A stretch of 64,000 bases of DNA from Myxococcales bacterium (GCA_047601445.1 JASGJH010000001.1:3488001-3552000); one strand, 5' to 3'; shown: positions 1 through 9,942, numbered from the stretch's first letter. Translations and numbers: made by a program. Notes: a model not told the origin generated them from the letters alone.

Positions 1-868
1 CGTAGCCCTCGCGGATCGGGTCACACAGGGTAAAGCCCTTGGGCGCGAACACGATGATGGTCGAGCCGTGCTCGAACCAGCCCATCTCCTCGCCCTTTCC
101 ATAACGCGCGTCGCAGTGGAAGATGTCCGGCCCCTTGTGCGCGAGATGCAAGAGGACGTCGAGGCAGTGCAGCCGAATGCTCGCCACCAGGATGGCCGCC
201 ACCGGCACCAACGTGAGCACATGCTCTTGGGTGCCCTGACGCACGGTCGTACGCAGGATGGCGCGCTCGTTCTTACAGTAGAGCTTGGCTACCCGTTCGA
301 GCGTGATGAAGTTGGTGTTCCAGGTGTCGCCCGACTTGTAGTTCACCTGCTTCACGCTGAGATCGTAGGGAGCGTGAAAGCGGTGGTACATGGACGAGGT
401 GAGGCGCAAGGTCACGTAGGTTCCGTCGCGGTAGAGATCCACAAGGCTTTGTTCACCCAGCAGATCCATCAGCGTGTAACCCATGCCCTTGGCCTGGATC
501 AGGTTGACGCCGTCGATGCGACCGTGCCCCGCGACGAGTCCGTCGCAGGGGCTCACCAGCAAGCTGGGGTCGCTCTCGATGGGGCGCGCCCCGGGCTTGA
601 GCTGGCGCACGAACAGGTCGTGCATGCTCTTGAACTCGCTCTTCTTGGCGTCACTCAGGTCGAGATCGGTGAACAACTTCCAGGTGGCGATCGAGAGATC
701 ACGGATCAAAGGCTGCTCGAGCTTGCTGAACCAGCCCATGAAGCGCGTGGCGAAACGCCGCGAGATCACGCGATTGGTGAGCACGTAGTTGAGCTCTGCC
801 TGCTGACCCAGGCGCTGGAACCACGCCCGAAGGCCGACGCCCGCGGGCATTTCGCCCGCAGCGTCCAC
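1..868 (-). CDS. psd: phosphatidylserine decarboxylase proenzyme (3' end runs off the window; start GTG 868 or ATG 850)
   Basis: Not in the ORF track because it is edge-truncated. Manual reverse-strand translation gives ELNYVLTNRVISRRFATRFMGWFSK...FVRQLKPGARPI...KGEEMGWFEHGSTIIVF, including the GST self-cleavage motif. Confidence 0.9.
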   Translation of the reverse strand, partial: MDAAGEMPAGVGLRAWFQRLGQQAELNYVLTNRVISRRFATRFMGWFSKLEQPLIRDLSIATWKLFTDLDLSDAKKSEFKSMHDLFVRQLKPGARPIESDPSLLVSPCDGLVAGHGRIDGVNLIQAKGMGYTLMDLLGEQSLVDLYRDGTYVTLRLTSSMYHRFHAPYDLSVKQVNYKSGDTWNTNFITLERVAKLYCKNERAILRTTVRQGTQEHVLTLVPVAAILVASIRLHCLDVLLHLAHKGPDIFHCDARYGKGEEMGWFEHGSTIIVFAPKGFTLCDPIREGY

Positions 869-911
869 ACTGGATCGATGCGACCCGTCCGACCTGTGCT
901 CTAACGCGACC

Positions 912-2015
912 TCACTCAGCGGGGACATCGGAGCTCGCGTGCTCGACGGCCATCGCGGAACGCGCTTCGGCCAGGCTTGGAGTCGCTGCCGGCAGCAGCT
1001 TGACCATCGGCACCAGGTTTCGTCGGAACTGGTTGTGGCTGGCGATGAAGGTGTAAGGCTCGGTGCTCTGGCGGGCCTTCTCACGCGTGCAGCGCAGCGC
1101 GATCATGCAGGCGTCGAGCAGATTCTCGCTGACAGCGCCGTTGACGCCGTTCTGAATGAGATCGATGGGCCCAGGCGCGGGCACGGAGGCCACCGGCACG
1201 CCCGAGGCGAGGGACTCGAGGATCACGTTGCCGAAGGTCTCGGTGCGCGACGGAAACACGAAGCAGTCGGCGCTGGCGAAGTGCGCCGCCAGGTCTTCGT
1301 CGAAACGCCAGCCGCGGAACACGACCTGGGGATACTTCTTCACCAGCATCTCGCGTGAGGGGCCGTCGCCCACCACCACCTTGGTACCCGGCAGCTTGAG
1401 GTTCAGAAAATCCTCGATGCTCTTCTCGGGCGACACGCGGCCGACGTAGAGCCAGATCGGTCCCGCCAGGCCTTCGTAAACTTCCTGCCTGCGCTTCGAG
1501 GGGTTGAACCGCTGCGTGTCCACGCCGCGGGGCCAGTGCACCAGGTGTTGCCCCACGCGATGTCCGTCGAGCTCCCGCATGAGCGACTTGGTGCCCACGA
1601 AGGTGTGCTCGGCCGCGCGATGGAACCAGCGCTCGAGCTTGTAGCCAAAGGAGACGGGGATCGGGAAACGCGCGGCCATGTACTCGGGGAAGCGCGTGTG
1701 AAAGCTGCTGGTGAAGCGAAAGCCACGGCGGCGCATGTAGCCGTTGACCCAGAAGCCGAGCGGCCCCTCCGTCGCGATGTGGACGGCGTCGGGCTTGAAG
1801 GCACGAATGCGCGGAATGGAGCGCCAGGGATTGATCGCGATCCTGTAGTCGGGATCGCCAGGCAGCGGGATCGTGCGATAGCCGTCGGGCGTAACGAGCA
1901 GGACCTCCGTGCCCTGTGACTCCAGGTATTTGGTCAGGCGCGCAAGGGTGTTCACGACGCCGTTGGTTTGCGGATGCCATGCATCCGTCACGAGAGCCAG
2001 ACGCTTTGCGATCAT
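912..2015 (-). CDS. glycosyltransferase family 4 (GT-B), glycolipid-synthase-like
   Basis: Motifs LVTDAWHPQTNGVV, HIATEGPLG, YVGRVSPEK and FPSRTETFGNVILE. Start trimmed to ATG 2015. Confidence 0.9.
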   Translation of the reverse strand: MIAKRLALVTDAWHPQTNGVVNTLARLTKYLESQGTEVLLVTPDGYRTIPLPGDPDYRIAINPWRSIPRIRAFKPDAVHIATEGPLGFWVNGYMRRRGFRFTSSFHTRFPEYMAARFPIPVSFGYKLERWFHRAAEHTFVGTKSLMRELDGHRVGQHLVHWPRGVDTQRFNPSKRRQEVYEGLAGPIWLYVGRVSPEKSIEDFLNLKLPGTKVVVGDGPSREMLVKKYPQVVFRGWRFDEDLAAHFASADCFVFPSRTETFGNVILESLASGVPVASVPAPGPIDLIQNGVNGAVSENLLDACMIALRCTREKARQSTEPYTFIASHNQFRRNLVPMVKLLPAATPSLAEARSAMAVEHASSDVPAE

Positions 2016-2200
2016 GTTCGCGAGGTTGTCGCGCACTTCACGCACAAACTGATCACGACTTCGCAAACCCTGTGTGACGAGCTTGATCCACACGTCGGGT
2101 GTGCGCGTCACATGCGTGCTGCCCGCAAAAATAAGGCGTTTGTGACGGATCGCGCACGAGTCTGGGAAGACTGCGAGAAAGCGGCTAAAGTTCCGGTGCC

Positions 2201-2758
2201 TTGGCGCGTCATTGGCTCCGCATCGTCCTGTTACTATCCGTGCTCGCCGCGGCGATCTGGCTGATGTACGCGAGCCGTGACGGCCAGTTCGAGCTGACCA
2301 CCCTGCGTGATCGACTGCGTGCGGCGGGCGCGCTGAGCGGCGTCTTGTTCGTGGTCTCCTTTGCGTGTCTGCAGCCGATGGGCCTGCCTGGACACCTGTT
2401 CGCCATCGGCGCGAGCATGATTTGGCCGCCCGCCTCGGCCATCGCGCTGTCGTTGCTGGGCGCCGTCCTGGGACAAACGCTGTGGTTTCTGATCTATCGT
2501 TACATCGCCCACGACTGGGCCCAGGCGCGTCTCCCACCCTGGCTACGGCGCTTCGAGCAGGCGCTGAGCGACAAGCCCTGGCGCACCATCATCGTGTTGC
2601 GCCTCCTGATGTTCACCTCGCCGTTGAGTCCCGCCATCCTCGGGGTCTCGCGCGTGAGGGTCGCGCCCATGATCCTGGCCAGCGCCATCGGCCTCACACC
2701 CACGCTGGTCCTCGACGTTTGGTTGGGCGTAAGCCTGGTGAACTGGCTATGGCACTAG
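2201..2758 (+). CDS. TVP38/TMEM64 (VTT/DedA-superfamily) membrane protein
   Basis: 185 aa, hydrophobic; LRLLMF...ILGVSRV...SAIGLTP pattern. Confidence 0.8.
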   Translation: MARHWLRIVLLLSVLAAAIWLMYASRDGQFELTTLRDRLRAAGALSGVLFVVSFACLQPMGLPGHLFAIGASMIWPPASAIALSLLGAVLGQTLWFLIYRYIAHDWAQARLPPWLRRFEQALSDKPWRTIIVLRLLMFTSPLSPAILGVSRVRVAPMILASAIGLTPTLVLDVWLGVSLVNWLWH

Positions 2759-2760
2759 TC

Positions 2761-2790
2761 CGGGAAGTCGCGCGACCTCCCTCGCTCACG
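2761..2790 (+). repeat. short copy of the dispersed hairpin repeat family (also at 27428 and 46316)
   Basis: CGGGAAGTCGCGCGACCTCCC-TCGCTCACG between convergent genes. It shares the first hairpin and the TCGCTCACG tail with the 46316 copy. Confidence 0.5.
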
Positions 2791-2803
2791 TCTTGTTTTC
2801 GCC

Positions 2804-4135
2804 TCACAACGGGCGCACGTGGCGGGGACCGCGCCAGAGCACGGTGCTGACCAGGCCCACGGCCACCACGCTGAGGCCCGCCGCGTAGCCGTACCAAATG
2901 CCCGCGATGCCCAGGGAGGTCCGTAGGCCCAGGTAGTACGCGAGCGGAATGCCGAGCGCGAAGTAGCCCACCAGGTTCAAGACCGCGGTCACGCGTGGGC
3001 GTCCCATGCCGCGCAGCACGCCGCCGCTGACGGTCTGGAGACCGTCCATGACCTGGAACGTGCCCGCGATGGGCAGCACGCTCGCCGCGAGCTGCACGGT
3101 GGCGTGGTCGTCCGTATAGAAGCGCGGCAGGGACGCGCGCGCGAGGATGAAAAGGGTCGCCGAGAAAGCCGCGTGACACAGCGCGAGCTTGAGCGCCGCC
3201 TGCGCCGCCAACTGCGCAGCCGCAGGCTCGCGCGCTCCGATGAGCTGTCCGACGCGCGACGAGCTCGCGATCCCGAGCCCCAGCGGGACCATGAAGGAGA
3301 TCGAGGAGAGGTTGAGTGCCACGCCGTGGGCCGAAAGCGGAAGCGGACCGAGCCGCCCCGCCAAGAGTGTACCGATTTGAAAGGCCCACATCTCGAGCGC
3401 CAGGGTTACGCCGAGCGGAGCGCCCAAGGCGAGCTGGCGCCACAACGCACGTACATCGAACACGCCGCGCAGCATGGCGCCCCGGTCCTTGGCCGCCGCG
3501 TTGCGCTCGAGCTTGATCATGAGCGCCAGCAGGAGCATCGACAGGAGCCGCGTGAGTCCCGTGGCCAGCCCGCCGCCCCAGATGCCCCAGGCCGGAAGAC
3601 CGAAGCGCCCGAAGATCAGCGCGTAGGCCACCACTGCATTGAAAACGTTGGCCAGCACCATGGCGATGAGCCCGGGCCGCACCACGCCACGCGCCGTGAA
3701 GTACGTGCTGAGTCCGTGGTAGATCAGCAGACAGGGCACCGAGAAGAGTTGCACCCGCGTGTACATGCCTGCCAACTGCGCGAGCTGCGGATCCTGGCCG
3801 AACAGGAGCAGCCCCTGCTCCGCATGGGCCCAGGCGAAACACACCGGCAAGGCCAACGCGCACGCGATCATGACGGCACGCCGCAGCGCGAGGCGCGCCT
3901 GCTCGTGCAACCCCGCTCCGTGGGCCTGGCTGACCAGCGGATCGAGCCCCATCACCACGCCGGCGAGCGGTAAGACCGTGCCGAACTGCCACAGGTTGCC
4001 CAGGGTCACGGCGCCCAGCGCCTTGGTGCTCAGGTGCCCCGCCAGGGCCGCATCCACCACGCCCAGCAACATTTGTCCTAGCTGAGCGAGCACGATGGGA
4101 CCCGCCAACCTCAACAGCCGTCGAAACTCCGACAT
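2804..4135 (-). CDS. MATE family efflux transporter (NorM-like)
   Basis: RLLRLAGPIVLAQLGQMLLGVVD, FMVPLGLGIASSSRVG, QVMDGLQ..SGGVLRGMG; about 12 TM segments. Confidence 0.93.
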   Translation of the reverse strand: MSEFRRLLRLAGPIVLAQLGQMLLGVVDAALAGHLSTKALGAVTLGNLWQFGTVLPLAGVVMGLDPLVSQAHGAGLHEQARLALRRAVMIACALALPVCFAWAHAEQGLLLFGQDPQLAQLAGMYTRVQLFSVPCLLIYHGLSTYFTARGVVRPGLIAMVLANVFNAVVAYALIFGRFGLPAWGIWGGGLATGLTRLLSMLLLALMIKLERNAAAKDRGAMLRGVFDVRALWRQLALGAPLGVTLALEMWAFQIGTLLAGRLGPLPLSAHGVALNLSSISFMVPLGLGIASSSRVGQLIGAREPAAAQLAAQAALKLALCHAAFSATLFILARASLPRFYTDDHATVQLAASVLPIAGTFQVMDGLQTVSGGVLRGMGRPRVTAVLNLVGYFALGIPLAYYLGLRTSLGIAGIWYGYAAGLSVVAVGLVSTVLWRGPRHVRPL

Positions 4136-4186
4136 GGACCTGCGAAAGCTAGCAAGTCCGCGCGCGCGAGCACTCGGACCGTGCGA

Positions 4187-4840
4187 TCAGGGTGAGGCGT
4201 CGGTGCCGGCTCGGCCCGCGTCACCGAGGCTCGCATCCCCCGCGTCACCGAGGGCGGCGTCGGGCAGCTCGGTGGAGGCATCGCTCACGTCGCCGAGCGG
4301 CGCTCCCGCGAGGATCCACTGGCGAATCTGCTCCTGCTCGTCGGGCGACAGCATCTTCATTCCGGAGCTCGCAGGCGGCATGCGCGTTCCGCACGGCGTG
4401 GTCGCGCTGACCTTGAGGTAGAGCACGCTGTGCTCGGGATCTCCGGGCGCCACCCGCAACAGCGTGCTTTCGCGGCAGGTGGGGCGCCCATCGGCCGGAA
4501 TGCTGACGCCGGTGCGTTGCCCCACCAGCTGCGCATAGGCCACTTCGATGGAGGCGGAGAGGTCCAGATCTCCCCACTGGCCGCTGTTGCCGTGACAATA
4601 GAAGTTGGCGCAACCCGCGTGGCAGAAGATGTCGCGATACACCGAGGTGAAGGTGGCTTCGTGGGTGGGCGGCCGCTGGAACAAGCAGGGGAAGGTGTAG
4701 ACGAGCCCGCCGTCGCTCTTGGGGGCCTCTGGCACGGACACGCTGGCGTCGCTCGTGCGCCGCTCCTCGGGTGACGTAGGGTCGTCGCCGCAGGCGCTCA
4801 GACAGACCCAGGTCGCGAGGAGGAGCCAGCGACGGAGCAT
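4187..4840 (-). CDS. lipoprotein with putative c-type cytochrome-like domain (CX4CH)
   Basis: Lipobox LSAC; CANFYCH; distal RMPP; QIRQWILAGA helix. Start ATG 4840. Confidence 0.65.
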   Translation of the reverse strand: MLRRWLLLATWVCLSACGDDPTSPEERRTSDASVSVPEAPKSDGGLVYTFPCLFQRPPTHEATFTSVYRDIFCHAGCANFYCHGNSGQWGDLDLSASIEVAYAQLVGQRTGVSIPADGRPTCRESTLLRVAPGDPEHSVLYLKVSATTPCGTRMPPASSGMKMLSPDEQEQIRQWILAGAPLGDVSDASTELPDAALGDAGDASLGDAGRAGTDASP

Positions 4841-4842
4841 GG

Positions 4843-6360
4843 CTAGGCAAGCTCGGTGGTGAGCCACTCTGCCATGCGCTCGGCCATCATGAGCGTGGGC
4901 AAGTGAATGTTGCTGGACGGCACCGTGGGCATCAGGCTCGCGTCCACCACGAACAGTCCCTCCACGCCGAACACCTTGCCGTGGCCGTCGACGGCTGCAT
5001 CGGGGCCTGGCCGCGCGCCCATGGGCACCGTACCGCAAGGGTGATAGCCCGAGTCACACAGGCGCGGGATGGCGAAATCGAGCAGGCGGTCCCTTCGCAG
5101 CACGCCGGGCCAGGGCAGCACGGGGCGCCCGAGGGCCGAGAGCGCCTTGGTCTGCAGCAGATCGAAGCAGCGCTGGAGCGCTTTGCGGGCGAGTTCGCGG
5201 TCCTGGGGGTCCTCGAAGAAGTGCGAGCGGATCTGGGGCCGGCTCTTGGGATCGGCGTCGAGGTAGCGGATTTGCCCGACGCCGCGCGGCTTCCCCACCT
5301 GGGTCACCATGCCGAACATGTTGACCTTGCGCTTGAGCATCGTGAACGAGGCCGGCTGCAGCAGCATGTCCGCCCGGTGATTGCACAGGCCGGAGGAGTA
5401 GCGGAACACGGTCTGGATGATGGGGGCCTCGTGGTCGACCTTGAAGCCACCCCGCGGTGCCACGAAGATGCCCGTGCCCGGATGGTCGAGCAGCTTGCGC
5501 GCCACCGCAGGCGCATCGACCACCACCTCGCACTGGAGGCGGCGCAGCTCGGCGTCGGGTCCCACCCCCGAGCGCAGCAGCACGCCCGGCGTATTCACGG
5601 CGCCCGCGCACAAGATCACGTGCTTGGCCTCGATGCGGCGCACCCCGCTTGGGTCCTCCACCTCCACCGCCACCGCGCGCCGGTTCTCGAACAGCACGCG
5701 GCGCACCAGGGTGAGCGGACGGATAGTCAGGTTAGGCCGTGCGCGCACCGCAGGTGTGAGGAAAGCCTCTGCGGCGCTGATGCGGCGGCCGTTGATCTTG
5801 TTCATGGCGTGGGGACCGTAGCCGGCCTCCCCGGGCGCGTTGCTATCGGCACAGTACGGGTAGCCGAGCTCGGCGCAGCCCTCCATGAAGGCCGCCTGGA
5901 TCGGCACCAGCTCTTCGGGCTTGTGGCGACGGATGGGGAGCGGCCCGTCGCGCCCGTGGGCCGGGTCCGCGCCGAAGTCGAGGTCGCTCTCGAGCCTGCG
6001 AAAGGCGGGTAAGCAGCGCTCGAAGCTCCAGTCAGGCAGGCCGAGATCGGCCCACTCGTCGAAGTCCTCGGGCTGTCCGCGCAGAGCGATGCAGGTGTTC
6101 ACCGCGGAGGAGCCCCCGACCACGCGCCCGCGCGGCAATGGGAACTCGAAGCTGCTCTCGCTCGGGCGATGGCGATAGCCCCAGTCGTGCCGGATCATGG
6201 AGTTGCGGCGACCGTCGATGAGGTCGGGGGGCAAGTCGGCGGCCTGGTAGTCGGGCCCCGCCTCTAGCAGGAGCACGTCGTGGCTTCCCTGGGCACTCAA
6301 GCGATGAGCCAACACGGCGCCGCTCGAACCGGCCCCCACGATCACAATCGGTCGAGACAT
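4843..6360 (-). CDS. GMC family oxidoreductase (choline dehydrogenase-like)
   Basis: VGAGSSG, RGRVVGGSSAVN, YHPCGTVPMG, VDASLMP..SSNIHLP. Confidence 0.93.
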   Translation of the reverse strand: MSRPIVIVGAGSSGAVLAHRLSAQGSHDVLLLEAGPDYQAADLPPDLIDGRRNSMIRHDWGYRHRPSESSFEFPLPRGRVVGGSSAVNTCIALRGQPEDFDEWADLGLPDWSFERCLPAFRRLESDLDFGADPAHGRDGPLPIRRHKPEELVPIQAAFMEGCAELGYPYCADSNAPGEAGYGPHAMNKINGRRISAAEAFLTPAVRARPNLTIRPLTLVRRVLFENRRAVAVEVEDPSGVRRIEAKHVILCAGAVNTPGVLLRSGVGPDAELRRLQCEVVVDAPAVARKLLDHPGTGIFVAPRGGFKVDHEAPIIQTVFRYSSGLCNHRADMLLQPASFTMLKRKVNMFGMVTQVGKPRGVGQIRYLDADPKSRPQIRSHFFEDPQDRELARKALQRCFDLLQTKALSALGRPVLPWPGVLRRDRLLDFAIPRLCDSGYHPCGTVPMGARPGPDAAVDGHGKVFGVEGLFVVDASLMPTVPSSNIHLPTLMMAERMAEWLTTELA

Positions 6361-6393
6361 GGACGAAGCATAGGCCGGGGTGGACTCCGGACG

Positions 6394-7281
6394 CTACTTG
6401 AGGACACCGGCGCGGTCGGGTTGCGGTACGGGCAGGGCCGCCTCGCCCAGGGCGTCGCGCAGGTTGCGCTCGATGCCCATCGACATGGCGTGCAGCGGCA
6501 GCGCGCTCGGGACGTTCGTGAAGGGATCCTCCAGGGCCCGGCCGACCTCACTGACCAGCTTGAAGGCCAGGCACACCAGGATGGCGACCGGCATGGCGAA
6601 CCAGTGCAGGTCATCCACGATGGCCAGCGGCAACATCACTGCGTACGTGCGGATGAGGATCTCGGCGATGAAGCCGTAGCCCGGCGGAAAAGGCGTGTTC
6701 TTGATGCGCTCGCAGCCACCCTGCACGTCGTAGAAGACGGCGATGGTCTGGTCGATGCTCTGCAGGCGTCGGTCGTCGAGCTGACCAGACTGCGCGAGTC
6801 CGGCCAGCTCCACCAGCAGCTGCCGCAGCAGGACCGTGGTGCCGGGGGCGCTGGTGCTCTGGTCCGCGGCCAACCGCTTGAGATCCTCGTCGGCGTCGAG
6901 CGGCGTTCCCCGCAGCTCGCAGCGCAACAGGTGTGCGTAGCGGATCAGCGACAAGATCAAGCGGCGCCGCAGCGGCTCGTGCTGATCACCGGGGAGGTAG
7001 GCCATGATCTCGGCGGTCAGGTGGCGACTCGAGTTGGTCAGCTGGCCCCAGAGCTTGCGCGCTTCCCACCAGCGGTCGTAGGCAGAATTCGTCCGAAAGC
7101 CGACGTAGATACCAATGGCGGCACCGAGTACGGAGACCGGCACGTCCGGCAACACGCCCGCCACTTCCCCCGTCAGTTCCTCGGCGATCACGACCGCGAC
7201 CGACAGCAGGGCGAACTTGATGATGTTGGCCTTTTGCCAGAGCAGGATTTGAAACAACGATTGCGATCTGGCGGTCAACAT
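6394..7281 (-). CDS. bestrophin family ion channel (YneE-like)
   Basis: GFRTNSAYDRWWEARKLWG, GGCERIKNTPFP, LEDPF. Start ATG 7281. Confidence 0.92.
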   Translation of the reverse strand: MLTARSQSLFQILLWQKANIIKFALLSVAVVIAEELTGEVAGVLPDVPVSVLGAAIGIYVGFRTNSAYDRWWEARKLWGQLTNSSRHLTAEIMAYLPGDQHEPLRRRLILSLIRYAHLLRCELRGTPLDADEDLKRLAADQSTSAPGTTVLLRQLLVELAGLAQSGQLDDRRLQSIDQTIAVFYDVQGGCERIKNTPFPPGYGFIAEILIRTYAVMLPLAIVDDLHWFAMPVAILVCLAFKLVSEVGRALEDPFTNVPSALPLHAMSMGIERNLRDALGEAALPVPQPDRAGVLK

Positions 7282-7488
7282 GGGGCAGAAGCTAGTGCGC
7301 TCGGGGGGACCATACCACACGTCACCCGGGCGCCACCCACGAGCGATCCGTCGACAGCATATCGAGCCCATTTTTGCCGATGATTTTGACGTTCACGCAC
7401 AACCTAATACCTTGCCCCTAGGTCCCCTATCTTGCGACCCTCACGGGGAGCACGCGCCGCGTGTCCCACGCCCCAACACAGCTCACGG

Positions 7489-9915
7489 ATGTCCATGAAC
7501 GCCCTCTCCGCCCGTCTTCGCTCAGCAGCACCAGCACTCCTGGCGTCGCCGTCAGCCAACACCCCAACCGACAACTCGCCAACTCATTCGCGGCTCCGCA
7601 CACATTCCTGGCTCGCGCTGTCGCTGTGCGCTGCGCTGGCAGGCTGCAGCGGCGGTGGAACCGAGCGTGAAGGAAACACGCTCGACGCCGGCGGGGATAG
7701 TGGCTCCGACCCCGGGGATGGCGACTTCGATGGTGGGGATGACGGCGACGGTGGCGAGGTCGTCAACCAAATGCTGGTGCTGACGCCGGCCAACCCGACC
7801 CACACGCTCGACAAGCTTGACGCCGATCAGCTGCCCACGCTCGCGTTCACGGCCACGCTGACGCCGCCACGCGGCGAGATGTCCGCCGTGCGCTGGTCCT
7901 CGGATCACCCGGAGCTCGGCTCCATCGACGCAAGCGGCGTATTCAAGCCCTCAGGGGCGGCCGGCAGCGTAACCATCACGGCCAACGTGGGCTCCTTCAG
8001 CGCGTCCACCACCGTGAAGATCGTGATCAACGCCTCCGAAGAGGGCGATCACACGCTGACCATGGAGGGCGGTGCGGGTGGCATCGGTGGCGTGGGTGGC
8101 GAAGGTGGCGGCACGGCCATCACCGACCCTGCGGTGCGTGCGGCGCTCGACGCTTCCCCTACCATCGACGATCAGCTGAAGTGGCTCTACCCCTACGACG
8201 GCACCGTCTGGCCGCGCGGTTTGCCCGCGCCGCTGTTGCAGTGGCAGGCAGGCGCCAAGCCGCCGGTGGCCGCGCGCATCCGCATCGAAGTCGGCACCGA
8301 TTTCGTCTACACCGGCTACTTCGGACGTCCGAGCATGCTGGGCGCCGACAAGCCGCTCATCCGCCTGCCCATCCCGGCCAAGGTGTGGCGCAACGCGCTG
8401 TACTCGGGCGCCGAGATGAAGGTCTCGCTGGTCGTGGCCGGCAGTGACGGCGCAGGAGGCTACCTGGCCTTCGCTCCCTTCAAGAACCTGGAGTGGAAGG
8501 TCGCTCCTGGCTCGCTCAAGGGCACCGTCTACTACAACAGCTACGGCAGCAAGTTGGCCGAGCAGCTCGACGGCAAGAACGGCCGCTTCGGCGGCGCCAC
8601 GCTGGCGATCCGCGGCTCGTCCTACAACCCCGAGCTGATCGCGGGAGCGACCACCGACGACACCAGCGGCTGCCGCGTGTGTCACACGGTGTCGGGCGAC
8701 GGCTCGCTGCTGATGGTGCAGCAGGACAAGAAGGACAAGAACAACCTGGTGACGTCGGCCTACGACCTCACCAATGCCAACGTCGAGACCGTGCGTCCCG
8801 ATGCGGACAACGGCAAGTTCGGCTGGGCGGCGCTCTCGCCCGACGGCAAGATCGCGCTCGGCAATGCCGGACCGCCCGGCAGCAGCGGCGTCAACATGGC
8901 CAGCCTCGGCAGCAGCGCGCTGTATCGCGTGTCGGATGGCGCGGTGCTCTCCAGCCCGGGTCTCGCGGAGTTCGTGACCAGGGCTGCCACGCCCATGTTC
9001 TCGGTGGACGGCAGCCGCGTGGCCTTCAACTTCGACACGGGTCCTGGCAACGCCGACATCGCTGGCAACGGCAGCAGCCTGGTGATGATGAACATCGCCA
9101 AGACCGATGACACCACCTACTCCTTCACCAGCCCCACCAAGCTGTTCACGGCCACGGGCACCGATCGTCCCGGCTGGCCCTTCTTTTTGCCGGACGGCAG
9201 CGGCGTGGTGTTCGAGCTCGAGAAGGCGGTCGCCGTGGTCTACTACGATGGCGGCCCCCACAACGAGCCCTTCGAGACGCGCAACGGTGCTCGGGGCGAG
9301 CTCTGGTGGGCGGACCTCAACGGCACCGCGCACGCACTCGATAACCTGAACGGCACGGGCTACCTGCCGACCAACGGCCAGGGCCACGACCAAGACACCA
9401 CCCTGCAGTATGAGCCCACCGTCGCGCCCATCGTGGCGGGTGGCTACGCCTGGGTGGTGTTCACCAGCCGTCGTCTCTACGGCAACGTGGCCACGCGCGG
9501 CCCCTACGAGAGCGACCCGCGGGACTTCGACCTCACCAGCGGCAACACGGGCGGTCCCACCACCAAGAAGCTGTGGGTCGCGGCCATCGACATCCCGGCC
9601 AAACCCGGCACCGATCCCAGCCATCCGGCCTTCTATTTGCCGGCGCAGGAGCTGTTCGCGGGCAACTCGCGCGGCTTCTGGGTGCCCGATGCTTGCCACG
9701 AGAACGGCGCCACCTGCGAGAGTGGTGACGAGTGCTGCGGCGGCTACTGCCGTGCGAACGACCAGGGCGTCGCGGTGTGCATGGACGAGCTGCCTCCGGC
9801 GGTCTGCGCCCAGGAGTACGAGAACTGCAGCCAGGATTCGGATTGCTGCAGCTCCGACAGCGCGCCCCTGACTTGTATCGCCAATCGCTGCGCGCAGAGC
9901 CTCATCCTGCTGTAA
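7489..9915 (+). CDS. large secreted lipoprotein: Ig-like domain, TolB-like propeller region, Cys-rich C-terminus
   Basis: Lipobox LAGC; VRWSSD...GSID.SGVF Ig-like segment; SPDG/FSVDGS/FLPDGS propeller repeats; CRVCH; C-terminal CC-containing repeats; strong GC3 bias. Confidence 0.8.
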   Translation: MSMNALSARLRSAAPALLASPSANTPTDNSPTHSRLRTHSWLALSLCAALAGCSGGGTEREGNTLDAGGDSGSDPGDGDFDGGDDGDGGEVVNQMLVLTPANPTHTLDKLDADQLPTLAFTATLTPPRGEMSAVRWSSDHPELGSIDASGVFKPSGAAGSVTITANVGSFSASTTVKIVINASEEGDHTLTMEGGAGGIGGVGGEGGGTAITDPAVRAALDASPTIDDQLKWLYPYDGTVWPRGLPAPLLQWQAGAKPPVAARIRIEVGTDFVYTGYFGRPSMLGADKPLIRLPIPAKVWRNALYSGAEMKVSLVVAGSDGAGGYLAFAPFKNLEWKVAPGSLKGTVYYNSYGSKLAEQLDGKNGRFGGATLAIRGSSYNPELIAGATTDDTSGCRVCHTVSGDGSLLMVQQDKKDKNNLVTSAYDLTNANVETVRPDADNGKFGWAALSPDGKIALGNAGPPGSSGVNMASLGSSALYRVSDGAVLSSPGLAEFVTRAATPMFSVDGSRVAFNFDTGPGNADIAGNGSSLVMMNIAKTDDTTYSFTSPTKLFTATGTDRPGWPFFLPDGSGVVFELEKAVAVVYYDGGPHNEPFETRNGARGELWWADLNGTAHALDNLNGTGYLPTNGQGHDQDTTLQYEPTVAPIVAGGYAWVVFTSRRLYGNVATRGPYESDPRDFDLTSGNTGGPTTKKLWVAAIDIPAKPGTDPSHPAFYLPAQELFAGNSRGFWVPDACHENGATCESGDECCGGYCRANDQGVAVCMDELPPAVCAQEYENCSQDSDCCSSDSAPLTCIANRCAQSLILL

Positions 9916-9925
9916 AAAATCAAGT

Positions 9926-9942
9926 TGTAACGCAGCGTTACA
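9926..9942. promoter_or_regulatory. perfect palindrome, candidate operator upstream of the BVMO gene
   Basis: TGTAACGC-A-GCGTTACA in an AT-rich intergenic gap 43 bp before the ATG. Confidence 0.5.

Noticed and set aside
68..904. 278-aa plus-strand ORF
   Set aside because: Antisense shadow of psd; the real gene is on the minus strand and is truncated by the window edge.
2020..2200. Pho boxes upstream of the GT4 gene (and near 52000-52120)
   Set aside because: Scattered GTCAC/GTGAC words without convincing 11-bp tandem spacing.
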